Assembly: GCA_947313885.1 (NCBI GenBank)
Contig: CAMZNU010000009.1
Location: 64,396-128,395 of the forward strand
DNA: 64,000 bases
From: an uncultured Clostridia bacterium
GTDB taxonomy: Bacteria; Bacillota; Clostridia; Lachnospirales; CAMZNU01
Reading direction: 5' to 3'
The notes under the pieces were generated by a model. That model did no database searches, was not told where the DNA came from, and saw only the letters and a program-made list of their open reading frames with translations. Positions 53,025-62,745 of this stretch are shown piece by piece. Positions within the stretch are counted from its first letter, which is position 1, and each line of letters starts with the position of its first letter. The position numbers were made by a program, and so were the translations under genes.

Positions 53025-55247
53025 ATGTTTAAAATTGTAGATAAGCAAGTATTAAATGAGAACGTAGTAACATTTGATATATTAGCACCGAAAGTAGCAA
53101 AAAAAGCTAAGCCAGGACAATTTATAATATTTAGATTAGATGAGTACGGCGAGAGAATACCGCTAACTATATCAGACTATGATAGAGAAAAAGGAATAGT
53201 AACAATAGTGGTGCAAAAAATAGGTAAGTCAACAAAAAGATTATGCATGAAACAAAAAGGTGAGTACATACAAGATTTTGTAGGTCCATTAGGAGAAGAA
53301 ACAAAAGTTGATGATAGTATAAAGAAAATAGCGGTAGTAGGTGGTGGAGTAGGTTGTGCAATAGCGTTTCCACAGGCGAAATATTTACATAGCATAGGAA
53401 AAGAAGTGGATATAATAGCAGGGTTTAAAAATGAATCTTTAGTAATATTAGAAGATAAGATGTTAAAAAATAGTAAAAACCTATATATAACAACAGATGA
53501 TGGTTCAAAAGGTAGTAAAGGATTTGTAACGACTAAATTAGATGAGTTAATAAAAGAAAAAGGTAAATATGATTTAGTAATAACGATAGGACCGTTACCG
53601 ATGATGAAATTTGTATGTGAGGTAACTAAAAAATATGATATTAAAACTATAGCAAGCATGAACTCTATAATGATAGATGGAACAGGAATGTGTGGATGCT
53701 GTAGAGTTAAAGTAGGTGGAGAAATAAAATTTGCCTGTGTAGACGGTCCAGATTTTGACGGTTCGAAAATTGATTTTGACGAATTAATGCAAAGAAATGG
53801 AACGTATAGAGAAATAGAAAAAGAAGAAGAACATAAATGTAACTTAATAGAAAAAGCAGAAAAATATGAAATTAACAAAAGTGAGAAAAAAGTTAAGATG
53901 CCAGAGCAAGAAGGTACAGTTAGAAATAAAAACTTTTTAGAAGTTAGTTTAGGGTACAGTGAAGAAATGGCAATGGAAGAGGCTAGAAGATGTTTACAAT
54001 GTAAACATAAACCATGTATTAAAGGATGCCCTGTAAAAGTTTTAATACCAGAGTTTATAAAAGAAGTTAGTATAGGAGATTTTCAAAAAGCTTATGAAAT
54101 AATAACGTCTACAAATTCGTTACCAGCTATAAGTGGTAGAGTATGCCCGCAAGAAACACAATGTGAAGAAATTTGCGTAAGAGGTATAAAAGGAGAGTCT
54201 GTAGCAATTGGACGATTAGAAAGATTTGTAGCAGATTGGTATATGGAAAACGGTAAAGAAACAATAAAAAAACCAAAATCTAATGGTAAAAAAGTAGCTG
54301 TAGTAGGAGCAGGACCGTCAGGGTTAACCTGTGCAGGAGATTTGGCTAAATTAGGATATGAAGTTACATTATATGAAACTTTCCATGAAGTAGGAGGAGT
54401 TTTGGTATATGGTATACCAGAATTTAGATTACCAAATAAAGTAGTAAAAAAAGAGGTAGACAATTTAGAAAAATTAGGAGTAAAAATAGAATTAAATACG
54501 TTAGTAGGCAAAACGATAACGATAGATGAACTACTAGAAGAATATGAAGGAGTTTATTTAGGAACGGGAGCAGGATTGCCTAAATTTATGGGAATAGAAG
54601 GCGAGGGATTAGTTGGAGTATTTTCAGCTAATGAATATTTAACAAGAGTTAATTCTATGAAAGCGTATTTAGATAAATATGATACGACATTAAAAAAGGT
54701 AAAAAGAACGGTAGTAGTTGGTGGTGGTAATGTTGCAATGGATGCATCTAGATGTGCAATAAGAGCGGGTTCAGATGAAGTATGTATAGTGTATAGAAGA
54801 GATGAAGCAAATATGCCAGCAAGAAAAGAGGAAATACACCATGCTAAAGAGGAAGAAATAGAATTTAACTTATTAACAAATCCTATAAAAATTATAGGAG
54901 ATGAAAAAGGTAATGTTAAAAGTATAGAATGTATAAAAATGGAATTAACAGAACCAGATGCTAATGGGCGACGAGGAGTTAAAGAAATAGAAGGATCAAA
55001 CTTTACAATGGAAGCAGATAGTGTAATAATAGCTATAGGAACTAATCCAAACCCACTTATATCACGTGAAACGAAGGGGTTAAATACAAATAATAAAGGT
55101 TGCGTAGTAGTTGATGATAGAGGTAAGACGGCAATAGGTAGAGTGTATGCAGGTGGAGATTTAACGGCTGGGACAGCAACGGTAATATATGCAATGGGTT
55201 GCGGTAAAGAAGGAGCAAGTAGTATTCACAATATGTTAAAGGAGTAA
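53025..55247 (+). CDS. nfnAB: fused NfnA-NfnB type NADH-dependent reduced-ferredoxin:NADP+ oxidoreductase (PyrK-like FAD/[2Fe-2S] domain plus GltD-like domain)
   Basis: 740 aa. The N-terminal ~280 aa are PyrK/sulfide-dehydrogenase-like, with the Cys cluster GMCGCCRVKVGGEIKFACVDGP. The C-terminal ~460 aa carry RCLQCKHKPCIKGCPV, CPQETQCEEIC, VAVVGAGPSGLTCAG and VVVGGGNVAMD motifs. Confidence 0.8.
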   Translation: MFKIVDKQVLNENVVTFDILAPKVAKKAKPGQFIIFRLDEYGERIPLTISDYDREKGIVTIVVQKIGKSTKRLCMKQKGEYIQDFVGPLGEETKVDDSIKKIAVVGGGVGCAIAFPQAKYLHSIGKEVDIIAGFKNESLVILEDKMLKNSKNLYITTDDGSKGSKGFVTTKLDELIKEKGKYDLVITIGPLPMMKFVCEVTKKYDIKTIASMNSIMIDGTGMCGCCRVKVGGEIKFACVDGPDFDGSKIDFDELMQRNGTYREIEKEEEHKCNLIEKAEKYEINKSEKKVKMPEQEGTVRNKNFLEVSLGYSEEMAMEEARRCLQCKHKPCIKGCPVKVLIPEFIKEVSIGDFQKAYEIITSTNSLPAISGRVCPQETQCEEICVRGIKGESVAIGRLERFVADWYMENGKETIKKPKSNGKKVAVVGAGPSGLTCAGDLAKLGYEVTLYETFHEVGGVLVYGIPEFRLPNKVVKKEVDNLEKLGVKIELNTLVGKTITIDELLEEYEGVYLGTGAGLPKFMGIEGEGLVGVFSANEYLTRVNSMKAYLDKYDTTLKKVKRTVVVGGGNVAMDASRCAIRAGSDEVCIVYRRDEANMPARKEEIHHAKEEEIEFNLLTNPIKIIGDEKGNVKSIECIKMELTEPDANGRRGVKEIEGSNFTMEADSVIIAIGTNPNPLISRETKGLNTNNKGCVVVDDRGKTAIGRVYAGGDLTAGTATVIYAMGCGKEGASSIHNMLKE

Positions 55248-55250
55248 AAT

Positions 55251-56099
55251 ATGTATAAGTTAGTCGTATTAGATATTGATGGGACGTTATTAACAAATGA
55301 TGAAAAAATAACGAAAAAAAATTATGAGGCAATACAAAAATCAATAAATATGGGAGTACCGGTATGTATATGTACAGGTAGAAATATTCATAACACGAGA
55401 AGAATAATAAAAAAATTAAAATTAGAAACACCATATGTATGTGTAGATGGGATGGTAGTGTATAATCCTAAGGAAAATAATTTTATAAAAGATGATGCAT
55501 TAGAACAAGAAGCATTAAAAGAAATAATAACAGAAATAGATAAAGAATATTTGTATATGGAAATGTGTACTCATAATAATTATATTAAGTATGTAAAAAC
55601 AAAAGAGTTAGGACAATATAATTATGGAGGAATGCCAAAAAACGGTAAACAATGGCTAAGAGATTATTTTAAAAGAGGTGCAAGATACGTAAAAAATGTG
55701 AATAAATATAAAAAAGATGGTGGGAATATAAGTCAATTATTATTTGCAGGTGATGTAAAGACAGTAGATAAAGTTAAAAAAATAATAGAATCTAAAGGAT
55801 ATAATAATATAGAGTTAAAAGATGATTTATGGGAAAATTATTGTTTTGTAGCACCTAAAAATTCAAGAAAAATAGACGGTGTTAAAATTTTATGTGAACA
55901 CTATAATATAAAGTTAGAAGAAGTTATGGCAGTAGGTGACCAAATGAATGATTACGATATGATAAAAGGCGTAGGAATGGGAGTTGCTATGGGAAATGCA
56001 GAGGAGAAGCTAAAAGACGTATCAAGTTTTATAACAAAAGATAATGAAAATAGCGGAGTTGCATGCGCGATAGAAAGATTTATATTAAATGGTAAGTAA
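55251..56099 (+). CDS. Cof-type HAD-IIB family phosphatase
   Basis: 282 aa with the motifs VVLDIDGTLL, CTGR and GDQMNDYDM. Confidence 0.8.
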   Translation: MYKLVVLDIDGTLLTNDEKITKKNYEAIQKSINMGVPVCICTGRNIHNTRRIIKKLKLETPYVCVDGMVVYNPKENNFIKDDALEQEALKEIITEIDKEYLYMEMCTHNNYIKYVKTKELGQYNYGGMPKNGKQWLRDYFKRGARYVKNVNKYKKDGGNISQLLFAGDVKTVDKVKKIIESKGYNNIELKDDLWENYCFVAPKNSRKIDGVKILCEHYNIKLEEVMAVGDQMNDYDMIKGVGMGVAMGNAEEKLKDVSSFITKDNENSGVACAIERFILNGK

Positions 56100-56117
56100 A
56101 AATAAAAAAGTAAAAAT

Positions 56118-56157
56118 AAAAAAGGTTGATTTCTAAAAAGAAATCAACCTTTTTTTT
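56118..56157. terminator. bidirectional terminator
   Basis: Stem aggttgatttct / agaaatcaacct flanked by an A-run and T8. Confidence 0.85.
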
Positions 56158-56162
56158 GTAAA

Positions 56163-57188
56163 TTAAAGTGCTAAATATTTATTAATAATATCAATAGTGT
56201 AGTCAATATTATCTTTTGTAATATCTTTGTGAGTTACGAATCTAAAACTATCAGGTGATAATCCGTTGCTTTTAATATTGTTATGTAATAAATGTTTAAT
56301 AAAATCATCGGGATCAAAACCATCTTTATTAATTTTAAAGAAAACCATATTAATATGAACAGTAGATAAATCTATAGATACGTATTTTAAGTTTGATAAT
56401 TTATTAGCTAAGTACGTAGCATTTACATGATCGTTTAAAATAGTTTTTTTGTATTGGTTAAGAGCTACAATACCAGGACTTGCAATAACACCGACTTGAC
56501 GCATACCACCGCCTAAAGCTTTTCTATATTTACGAGCTTTAGCGATAAATTTTTTGTTACCACATAAGACAGAACCTATAGGTGCACCTAATCCTTTAGA
56601 AAGACAAAAGGTAACAGAGTCACAACAATTAGTAATTTCTTTAACATCAACGTCTAAATAAGTTGATGCATTAAAAATTCTAGCACCGTCTAAATGTACA
56701 TTAAGATTAAGTTGTTTAGCAGTGTTATAACATTGTTGCATAATATCGATAGGTATAACAGTACCGTTACTTAAAGCATTTTCAAGACAAAGTAAAGAAG
56801 TAAACGGTTCGTGTATATCAGATGGTCTAATAGCATTTAAAATATCATCACTATAAATAAAATCGTTAGAGTTGTGAATAGCTCTAACGTTAACACCAGA
56901 TAAAAGAGCAGGAGCGCCGACTTCATGGGAAACGATATGAGAGTTAGCCCCGCAAATAATTTCATCACCGCGGTTAGTATGGGATAAAATAGCTAATTGG
57001 TTTCCCATAGTTCCAGAGGGTATAAATAAACCATCTTCCTTACCTAAAATGTTGCTAGCTAATGTTTCAAGAGCATTAGCAGTTTCATCGTCTCCATAAA
57101 CGTCATCCCCAACAATGCTATCAAACATAGCTTGACGAAGTTCTAAACTCGGAGTAGTAACGGTATCACTTCTAAAATCAATAAACAT
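56163..57188 (-). CDS. ltaE: low-specificity L-threonine aldolase
   Basis: I prefer the ATG at 57188 (MFIDFRSDTVTTPS...) with AGGAGG 8 nt upstream. The ORF track's extra 50 N-terminal codons are hydrophobic junk. PLP-Lys motif LSKGLGAPIGS. Confidence 0.85.
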   Translation of the reverse strand: MFIDFRSDTVTTPSLELRQAMFDSIVGDDVYGDDETANALETLASNILGKEDGLFIPSGTMGNQLAILSHTNRGDEIICGANSHIVSHEVGAPALLSGVNVRAIHNSNDFIYSDDILNAIRPSDIHEPFTSLLCLENALSNGTVIPIDIMQQCYNTAKQLNLNVHLDGARIFNASTYLDVDVKEITNCCDSVTFCLSKGLGAPIGSVLCGNKKFIAKARKYRKALGGGMRQVGVIASPGIVALNQYKKTILNDHVNATYLANKLSNLKYVSIDLSTVHINMVFFKINKDGFDPDDFIKHLLHNNIKSNGLSPDSFRFVTHKDITKDNIDYTIDIINKYLAL

Positions 57189-57392
57189 AATAAAACCTCC
57201 TTTTTTTAATATTTTATTATATAAAAACATAATGAACAACAGAAAAAAAGAGTTGTAATAGTGATGATTAAAATAATATGGAAAAGCTGTAACAAAACCC
57301 ACTAAATTTAATATCTTAATAATAAGATGAACAAGCAATGATTAAAATGAGAAATCATAAAATCATACAAATTAAATATAGGGGGTAAAAAA

Positions 57393-60300
57393 ATGAAAAA
57401 AATAGTGTCAATAATATTAGTAGTTATATTAACAATGAATACAAACTACAGTGCATATAGTAAAAATATAGATGAAGTAATTATAGTGCAAGAAGTTAGT
57501 GAAGAGGTGACAACAGAAATAGAAGAAGGACAAGCCGAGGAAAAAGAGGAACAGATTGAAGAGGAGGAACAGATAGAAGAAGGACAAGCCGAGGAAAAAG
57601 AGGAACAGATTGAAGAAGAGGAACAGATAGAAGAAGGACAAGCCGAGGAAAAAGATGAACAAATTAAAGAGGAGCAGATTGAAGAAGAGGAAAAAGAAGC
57701 AGAAGAAACAGAAGTAGAAGAAGAACAAGTAGAAGAAGAACAAGTAGAAGAAGAACAAGCAGAAGAAGAAGAACAAGCAGAAGAAGAAGAAGAAGAAGTA
57801 GAAGAAGAACAAGTAGAAGAAGAACAAGTAGAAGAGGAACAAGCAGAAGAAGAACAAGTAGAAGAAGAACAAGTAGAAGAGGAACAAGCAGAAGAGGAAC
57901 AAGCAGAAGAAGAACAAGCAGAAGAAGAAGAAGAAGAAGAAGTAGAAGAAGGACAAGCAGAAGAAGAACAAGTAGAAGAAGAACAGATTGAAGAAGAGGA
58001 AAAATTAGAAGAAGAGGAACAGATAGAAGAAGATACGAAAGAAGAGGGAACAGAAGAAGAAACGATAGAAGAAACAGAAGAGGAAAAAAACAAAGAGGAA
58101 GAAGAATTAAACATTTTAGGTATTGAAAGAAGTGAAGAAGAAAAAGAGGAACGAAAATTATTTAAGGAAGGAGATATTAATAAGAAATTAGAAATAATAG
58201 AAATGGGTGTAGATTTTAAAATAGAGGGAGAAAAAAATAAAGGAATAATAACAATTGTAGATGAGGTAAATGATATACAAATAGAAAAAGACTATAAAGA
58301 AAATAGTGGTATGAATAAGTGCGAAAGTGAATTATTCATAATGGAGATAAGTTCAGAAGTAGAGAGGATAGAGCAAATAATAATAGATGGGTTAACAGAT
58401 ATACACGTAGTTATATACTATGAGGGAAATGTAATTATAGAAGAGGGTATAGTGTTAAGAAATGGTAGTAGTGTAGAAATAATATCATCAGGAAAAGGTG
58501 AGAAGATGGATGTAAAAGTAGTTGGTACAGAATTACTTTTAGCGATGCAAGATACTATGGCGGTAGATAGTATAGGAGACATAACAGTTACAAACAGTAT
58601 TTTAGAAGGTAAATATATAGGTGGGGTAAAAAATATAGGAAATATAGTAATAGAAAGTAGTGAAGTTAGAGTTGTATCAAATACAAAAGTGCCAGGGATA
58701 GGAGGATATATAGATAATGGAGGTATGCAAGGTAAAATAAAAATAATAAATTCAAAAATAGATAGTGAAATAGATTATGCGTATAATGGGGCAGAAAATA
58801 GATATGTAGCGAGTATAGGGACAAGTAGTTATTCTACTTTGGATATGAAATATGATGTAGAGGTAGGAAATATAGAAATAAAAAATAGTGATGTAAGAGC
58901 TGTAAATACTAATGGAAGTAGTAGAGGAGTAGGAATAGGGATAGTAAATATATACGGATTAAATGAAATAATAATAGAGAATAGTAGAGTAGAAGGAATA
59001 GGAGGAATAGAAGAGGGGGCAGGAATAGGTAGTTATAAAGGGTCGGTAAAAAAAATAGAGATAAAAAATAGTGAAATAGTAGGAGTAGGAGGAGAAAGTT
59101 TAAAAAATACAGATATAGGTATTGGAGTTACGGGTAATGAAATAGGTAATGAAATAATTTTGAGCAATAATTATTATATTAAAGCGATAGGAGGAATAGG
59201 GGGATATGGAGGAAATAAAATAACGATAGAAGGAACGGGTAAAGAAAGTACAAGTAAAATATTAATAGGTGTTGAAAATGACAAGATAGAATTAATATTA
59301 GGAGAAGAAGTAAAAGAGTATATAAATAGTATAGGAGAAAATAAGGAGCAAGCGTTTAAAAATAAATATAACGATTTAATGATGGGGGATATATTTAGTG
59401 TAGGACATTATGGAGGAGTAGGAGGAGAGAAAGTAGAAGAAATAAATATAAAAATAAAAGAGAATAGAGAAGTAAAAATGGTAGGGATTTCTGCGACAGG
59501 AATAAGAGGTAACGTAGTAAAAATAGAAGGTGAGGATGTAGGCAAAGGTAAAATAATAATTCAAGGTAAAGAAGGTGATATAGGAAGTCATTTTTATGGA
59601 ATGGAAGGAAACATACTAATAAGAAATATGGAGCTGATAGGGTTAGAAGCAGACAATGAAGCGCATAAAAGTATAGGTAGTACATCGTATACGACAGGAG
59701 ATATAGAAATATATAATAGTAGTTTACAAATAAGAGGAGGAATAGGAGGAGGAAACAGAGGTACAGGACATATAAAAATAAGTAATAGTGAAATTATAAT
59801 AGATGGTACAGATGTATATGCAGGAATAGGAGGTAGCGTAAAAGGAGTAAGTGGAAACGGAAGTATATTAGTAGAAAATAGTGATATAAAAATAAATAGT
59901 GAGTATGATAACAATGAATATAACGTAGTAGGGATAGGAGCAGTTGGTTTAATAAAAAGAGACTATGAGAAAGAGCAAGGAGATATAAATGTAATAAATA
60001 GTAAAGTAGATATAAAGTATACAAATAGAAATAATGAGAAGGGAGACAATGTAGGAATAGGAGGGGGACGTGGAATAATTACAAGTAAAGTGTGGATAAA
60101 AGGAAGCGAAATAAAAGTAGATGTAAGGGGAATAGGAATAGGAAGTTATGAGGGAGAAATTGGAGAAATAAAAGTAGAGGATAGTTATATAGATATAGGA
60201 AATAAAAAATCTGTAGCAGGAATAGGGACGTATTTGGGGCAGATCGGAAAAATTCATATTAAAAATAGTAATACAGAAATAGAGGCAAGAGGAGTAGGAG

Positions 60301-62588
60301 TAGGAAGTGAGAACGATATAAAAGTAGAGAGTATAGAAATTAATGGTGGGAAGACGTATATATATGGTAAAAGAAATGGTATAAGTGGAAAAGATTATAT
60401 ATTTACGAAAAGCGATAAAGATATAGAGCCGTTAATATTAATAATATCAGAAGGTGAGAGAATAAAAGGATCATTAAATGCAGATAAGGACGATAATGAA
60501 AATAAGTATGATATAAGTGAGGAATATGGAGTAAGTGTAGTGAGAGGACGAGGGGGATTAAATAGTTTACCAGAAGTTGTAACGGAGTATAAAGAAGGTA
60601 AGGAAGAATTATTATTTATAGCTTATGGTGAGAGAGAAAAAGAAGGAATAGAAATATATAATAGAAAATTTAAAATAGAGAGTGAAGTAGAAGATAGAAA
60701 TAATTTTAGGTTTATAGTAATAGGAAATGGAGTAGACGTAAATTATTGCAATAACAATTTGATAAAGGTAGAAGTAATTAATGGAAGTATAAAGCATAAA
60801 ATAAATAGCGGTGAATATGTAGAGCGTGAAGTAAATAGAAGTAGTGAGACAGGAGAACAAATAACAGTACAATTAGAAGGAAGTACAAATTTTATAGGAT
60901 GGTACGAGTATAAAAATGGTGAATTAAAAGAGTTAGAGATAAGAAGTGTAAAAAGTGTAGTCGGCGAAAAAATAGAAATAGTTTCAGAGTTAGAAGATAG
61001 ATATATAATAGGTAAATATGAGAAAGAGAAAGAAGAAATAAAAACAAGTGTAACAAATGGAACAATAGAGACGGTAATAACAGGTGAAGGAATAGAAATA
61101 ATAGAAAATAGTGTAAATGAGTATTACGATGTAGATAGTGAAGTTGTAGTAAAAGTTGAGAAGAAAAATGATGATTATAGGTTTGTAGGATGGTATGAAA
61201 AAGCTGGAGAATACTCTATAAAAATAAACGACGATGAAAATAATGAAATAAGTAAAGAGGGGGATAAAGAAATAATAAAATTCCTAGTAAAAAAAGGGTA
61301 TAAACGAGATGTAACAGGAGTATACGAACTTAAAACACAAGAGTTATCAATAAAAGCAACAGAAGGTGGGGAAGTTACAAACGAAGGTGGAACGTACAAT
61401 ATAGGCGATACAATAATATCAGAAACAAAAACTATTGATGATAGATATGAGTTTGTAGGATGGTACGAGAAAGAAGGAGATTTATATTTGCCATATGATG
61501 TAAACGACTTACCAGAAAATATAAAAATAACAGGTGATAAAAACGAAAAAATAGAAGTGAAAATAAAAAACGGTGAAGACTTAAATATAAGTGCAAAATA
61601 TACATTAATAAAAAGCACTTTAGAAATAAAAGTAAATGATAAAAGTAAAAGGCTAGGTACTGTAAGTAGCTACGGAGGAAAATATATAAAAGGAACGGAG
61701 GTGAAAGTAAAAGCAATAGCAAATGATATAAATAAATTTATAGGATGGTATGAAAATGGAATTAAGTTAACAAATGCAGATGAAAATATAACTATATCAG
61801 GAAATGAAATAAGTATAACAATAGGGGAAGATGGAAGAAAAATAGAAGCAAAATTTAAAAGAGTCATAGAAAAAGAAGAAGATAAAGAAAAAGAAGAAGA
61901 TAAAGACAAAGACAAAGACAACGAACCAAAAGATAAAGAAGACAAACCAAAAGATAAAGAAGACAAACCGAAAGATAAAGAAGATGCAAAAGAAAAAGAA
62001 GATGAACAAGATAAAGAAGATGCAAAAGAAAAAGAAGATGAACAAGATAAAGAAGATGAACAAGATAAAGAAGATGAACAAGAAAAAGAAGATGAACAAG
62101 ATAAAGAAGATGAACAAGATAAAAAAGATGAACAAGATAAAGAAGATGAACAAGATAAAAAAGATGAAAAAGATAAAGAAGATGCAAAAGAAAAAGAAGA
62201 TGAACCAAAAGAAAAAGAAGATGCAAAAGAAAAAGAAGACGAACAAGCTAAATGCGATATAGAAGAAGAGAAAGATAATAATGATAACGATGAAACTATA
62301 GACGGAAATTGTAAAGAAAAAATAGATGAGCAAGAAGAAAATAATTATTGTGTAAAAATTATATGGATAGATAACAGTACATCTATATATTATCTAGATG
62401 AAATAAAAAATATAAGTGATACAGAAAACTCAGGCTATTCAAAAGACAATGCGAATAAAATTATTGAAAATAACAGCAGAGACATACATTGTTGTATAGC
62501 AATGGTAATAATAGCTTTTTTATTAGGACACATTATAGGAAGAGAAAAAACAGATAAAGAGAAATGTAATTTAGAAGAAGATAAATAA
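57393..62588 (+). CDS. giant (1731 aa) secreted, C-terminally membrane-anchored surface protein with acidic repeats, a Gly-rich solenoid-like repeat core and F-x-G-W-Y-E (Listeria-Bacteroides/InlB B-repeat-like) modules
   Basis: It starts with signal peptide MKKIVSIILVVILTMNTNYSAYS. About 200 aa of EEEQV/EEEQA repeats follow. Then come about 750 aa of irregular repeats of type I-x-I-x-N-S-x-I...G-I-G-G. Four modules contain FIGWYE/FVGWYE. A (DKEDEQ)n tract follows. The C-terminal hydrophobic helix is CCIAMVIIAFLLGHII, followed by a charged tail. Confidence 0.75.
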   Translation: MKKIVSIILVVILTMNTNYSAYSKNIDEVIIVQEVSEEVTTEIEEGQAEEKEEQIEEEEQIEEGQAEEKEEQIEEEEQIEEGQAEEKDEQIKEEQIEEEEKEAEETEVEEEQVEEEQVEEEQAEEEEQAEEEEEEVEEEQVEEEQVEEEQAEEEQVEEEQVEEEQAEEEQAEEEQAEEEEEEEVEEGQAEEEQVEEEQIEEEEKLEEEEQIEEDTKEEGTEEETIEETEEEKNKEEEELNILGIERSEEEKEERKLFKEGDINKKLEIIEMGVDFKIEGEKNKGIITIVDEVNDIQIEKDYKENSGMNKCESELFIMEISSEVERIEQIIIDGLTDIHVVIYYEGNVIIEEGIVLRNGSSVEIISSGKGEKMDVKVVGTELLLAMQDTMAVDSIGDITVTNSILEGKYIGGVKNIGNIVIESSEVRVVSNTKVPGIGGYIDNGGMQGKIKIINSKIDSEIDYAYNGAENRYVASIGTSSYSTLDMKYDVEVGNIEIKNSDVRAVNTNGSSRGVGIGIVNIYGLNEIIIENSRVEGIGGIEEGAGIGSYKGSVKKIEIKNSEIVGVGGESLKNTDIGIGVTGNEIGNEIILSNNYYIKAIGGIGGYGGNKITIEGTGKESTSKILIGVENDKIELILGEEVKEYINSIGENKEQAFKNKYNDLMMGDIFSVGHYGGVGGEKVEEINIKIKENREVKMVGISATGIRGNVVKIEGEDVGKGKIIIQGKEGDIGSHFYGMEGNILIRNMELIGLEADNEAHKSIGSTSYTTGDIEIYNSSLQIRGGIGGGNRGTGHIKISNSEIIIDGTDVYAGIGGSVKGVSGNGSILVENSDIKINSEYDNNEYNVVGIGAVGLIKRDYEKEQGDINVINSKVDIKYTNRNNEKGDNVGIGGGRGIITSKVWIKGSEIKVDVRGIGIGSYEGEIGEIKVEDSYIDIGNKKSVAGIGTYLGQIGKIHIKNSNTEIEARGVGVGSENDIKVESIEINGGKTYIYGKRNGISGKDYIFTKSDKDIEPLILIISEGERIKGSLNADKDDNENKYDISEEYGVSVVRGRGGLNSLPEVVTEYKEGKEELLFIAYGEREKEGIEIYNRKFKIESEVEDRNNFRFIVIGNGVDVNYCNNNLIKVEVINGSIKHKINSGEYVEREVNRSSETGEQITVQLEGSTNFIGWYEYKNGELKELEIRSVKSVVGEKIEIVSELEDRYIIGKYEKEKEEIKTSVTNGTIETVITGEGIEIIENSVNEYYDVDSEVVVKVEKKNDDYRFVGWYEKAGEYSIKINDDENNEISKEGDKEIIKFLVKKGYKRDVTGVYELKTQELSIKATEGGEVTNEGGTYNIGDTIISETKTIDDRYEFVGWYEKEGDLYLPYDVNDLPENIKITGDKNEKIEVKIKNGEDLNISAKYTLIKSTLEIKVNDKSKRLGTVSSYGGKYIKGTEVKVKAIANDINKFIGWYENGIKLTNADENITISGNEISITIGEDGRKIEAKFKRVIEKEEDKEKEEDKDKDKDNEPKDKEDKPKDKEDKPKDKEDAKEKEDEQDKEDAKEKEDEQDKEDEQDKEDEQEKEDEQDKEDEQDKKDEQDKEDEQDKKDEKDKEDAKEKEDEPKEKEDAKEKEDEQAKCDIEEEKDNNDNDETIDGNCKEKIDEQEENNYCVKIIWIDNSTSIYYLDEIKNISDTENSGYSKDNANKIIENNSRDIHCCIAMVIIAFLLGHIIGREKTDKEKCNLEEDK
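57522..57683 (+). repeat. 3 x 54-bp tandem coding repeat (EEGQAEEKEEQIEEEEQI)
   Basis: The unit gaagaaggacaagccgaggaaaaagaggaacagattgaaga(g/a)gaggaacagata starts at 57522, 57576 and 57630. Confidence 0.9.
57711..57985 (+). repeat. 15-bp-unit tandem coding repeat (EEEQV / EEEQA)
   Basis: Repeated gaagaagaacaagta / gaagaagaacaagca units. All frames are open, which generates the spurious antisense ORFs in the track. Confidence 0.9.
61871..62245 (+). repeat. acidic/basic tandem coding repeats (KDKEDKP x3, then an 18-bp DKEDEQ unit)
   Basis: Repeated ccaaaagataaagaagacaaa, then gataaagaagatgaacaa units. Confidence 0.9.
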
Positions 62589-62592
62589 AAAA

Positions 62593-62621
62593 ACACCCTA
62601 GTTTACAACTAGGGTGTTTTT
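62593..62621 (+). terminator. intrinsic terminator after the giant gene
   Basis: Stem acaccctagtt / aactagggtgt, loop tac, then a T-run. Confidence 0.85.
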
Positions 62622-62647
62622 ACATAGTTGACAAATACCTATAATCA

Positions 62648-62676
62648 TTGATAAGAAAGTAAAAACAAAGTATAAT
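62648..62676 (+). promoter_or_regulatory. near-consensus sigma-A promoter
   Basis: TTGATA (62648-62653), a 17-nt spacer, then TATAAT (62671-62676). It lies 70 nt upstream of the ATG at 62746. Confidence 0.65.
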
Positions 62677-62745
62677 TATAGTTAAAAAATTGTATAAAGT
62701 AGCAAAAAAATGTGTAAAAAATAAAAAATGAGACAGGAGAGCTAA

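Noticed and set aside
57189-57338. 50-codon N-terminal extension of the threonine aldolase ORF
   Set aside because: The extension is hydrophobic nonsense (MLVHLIIKILNLVGFVTAFPYYF...). The internal ATG at 57188 has AGGAGG upstream and yields the canonical FIDFRSDTVT N-terminus.
57429-58114. Antisense and alternative-frame ORFs inside the giant surface protein gene (also 59376-60257 and 61797-62333)
   Set aside because: They arise from GAA/GAG-rich and AAA/GAT-rich repeats that are stop-free on both strands. There is no SD or start context, and their compositions are poly-Phe/Leu/Ser.
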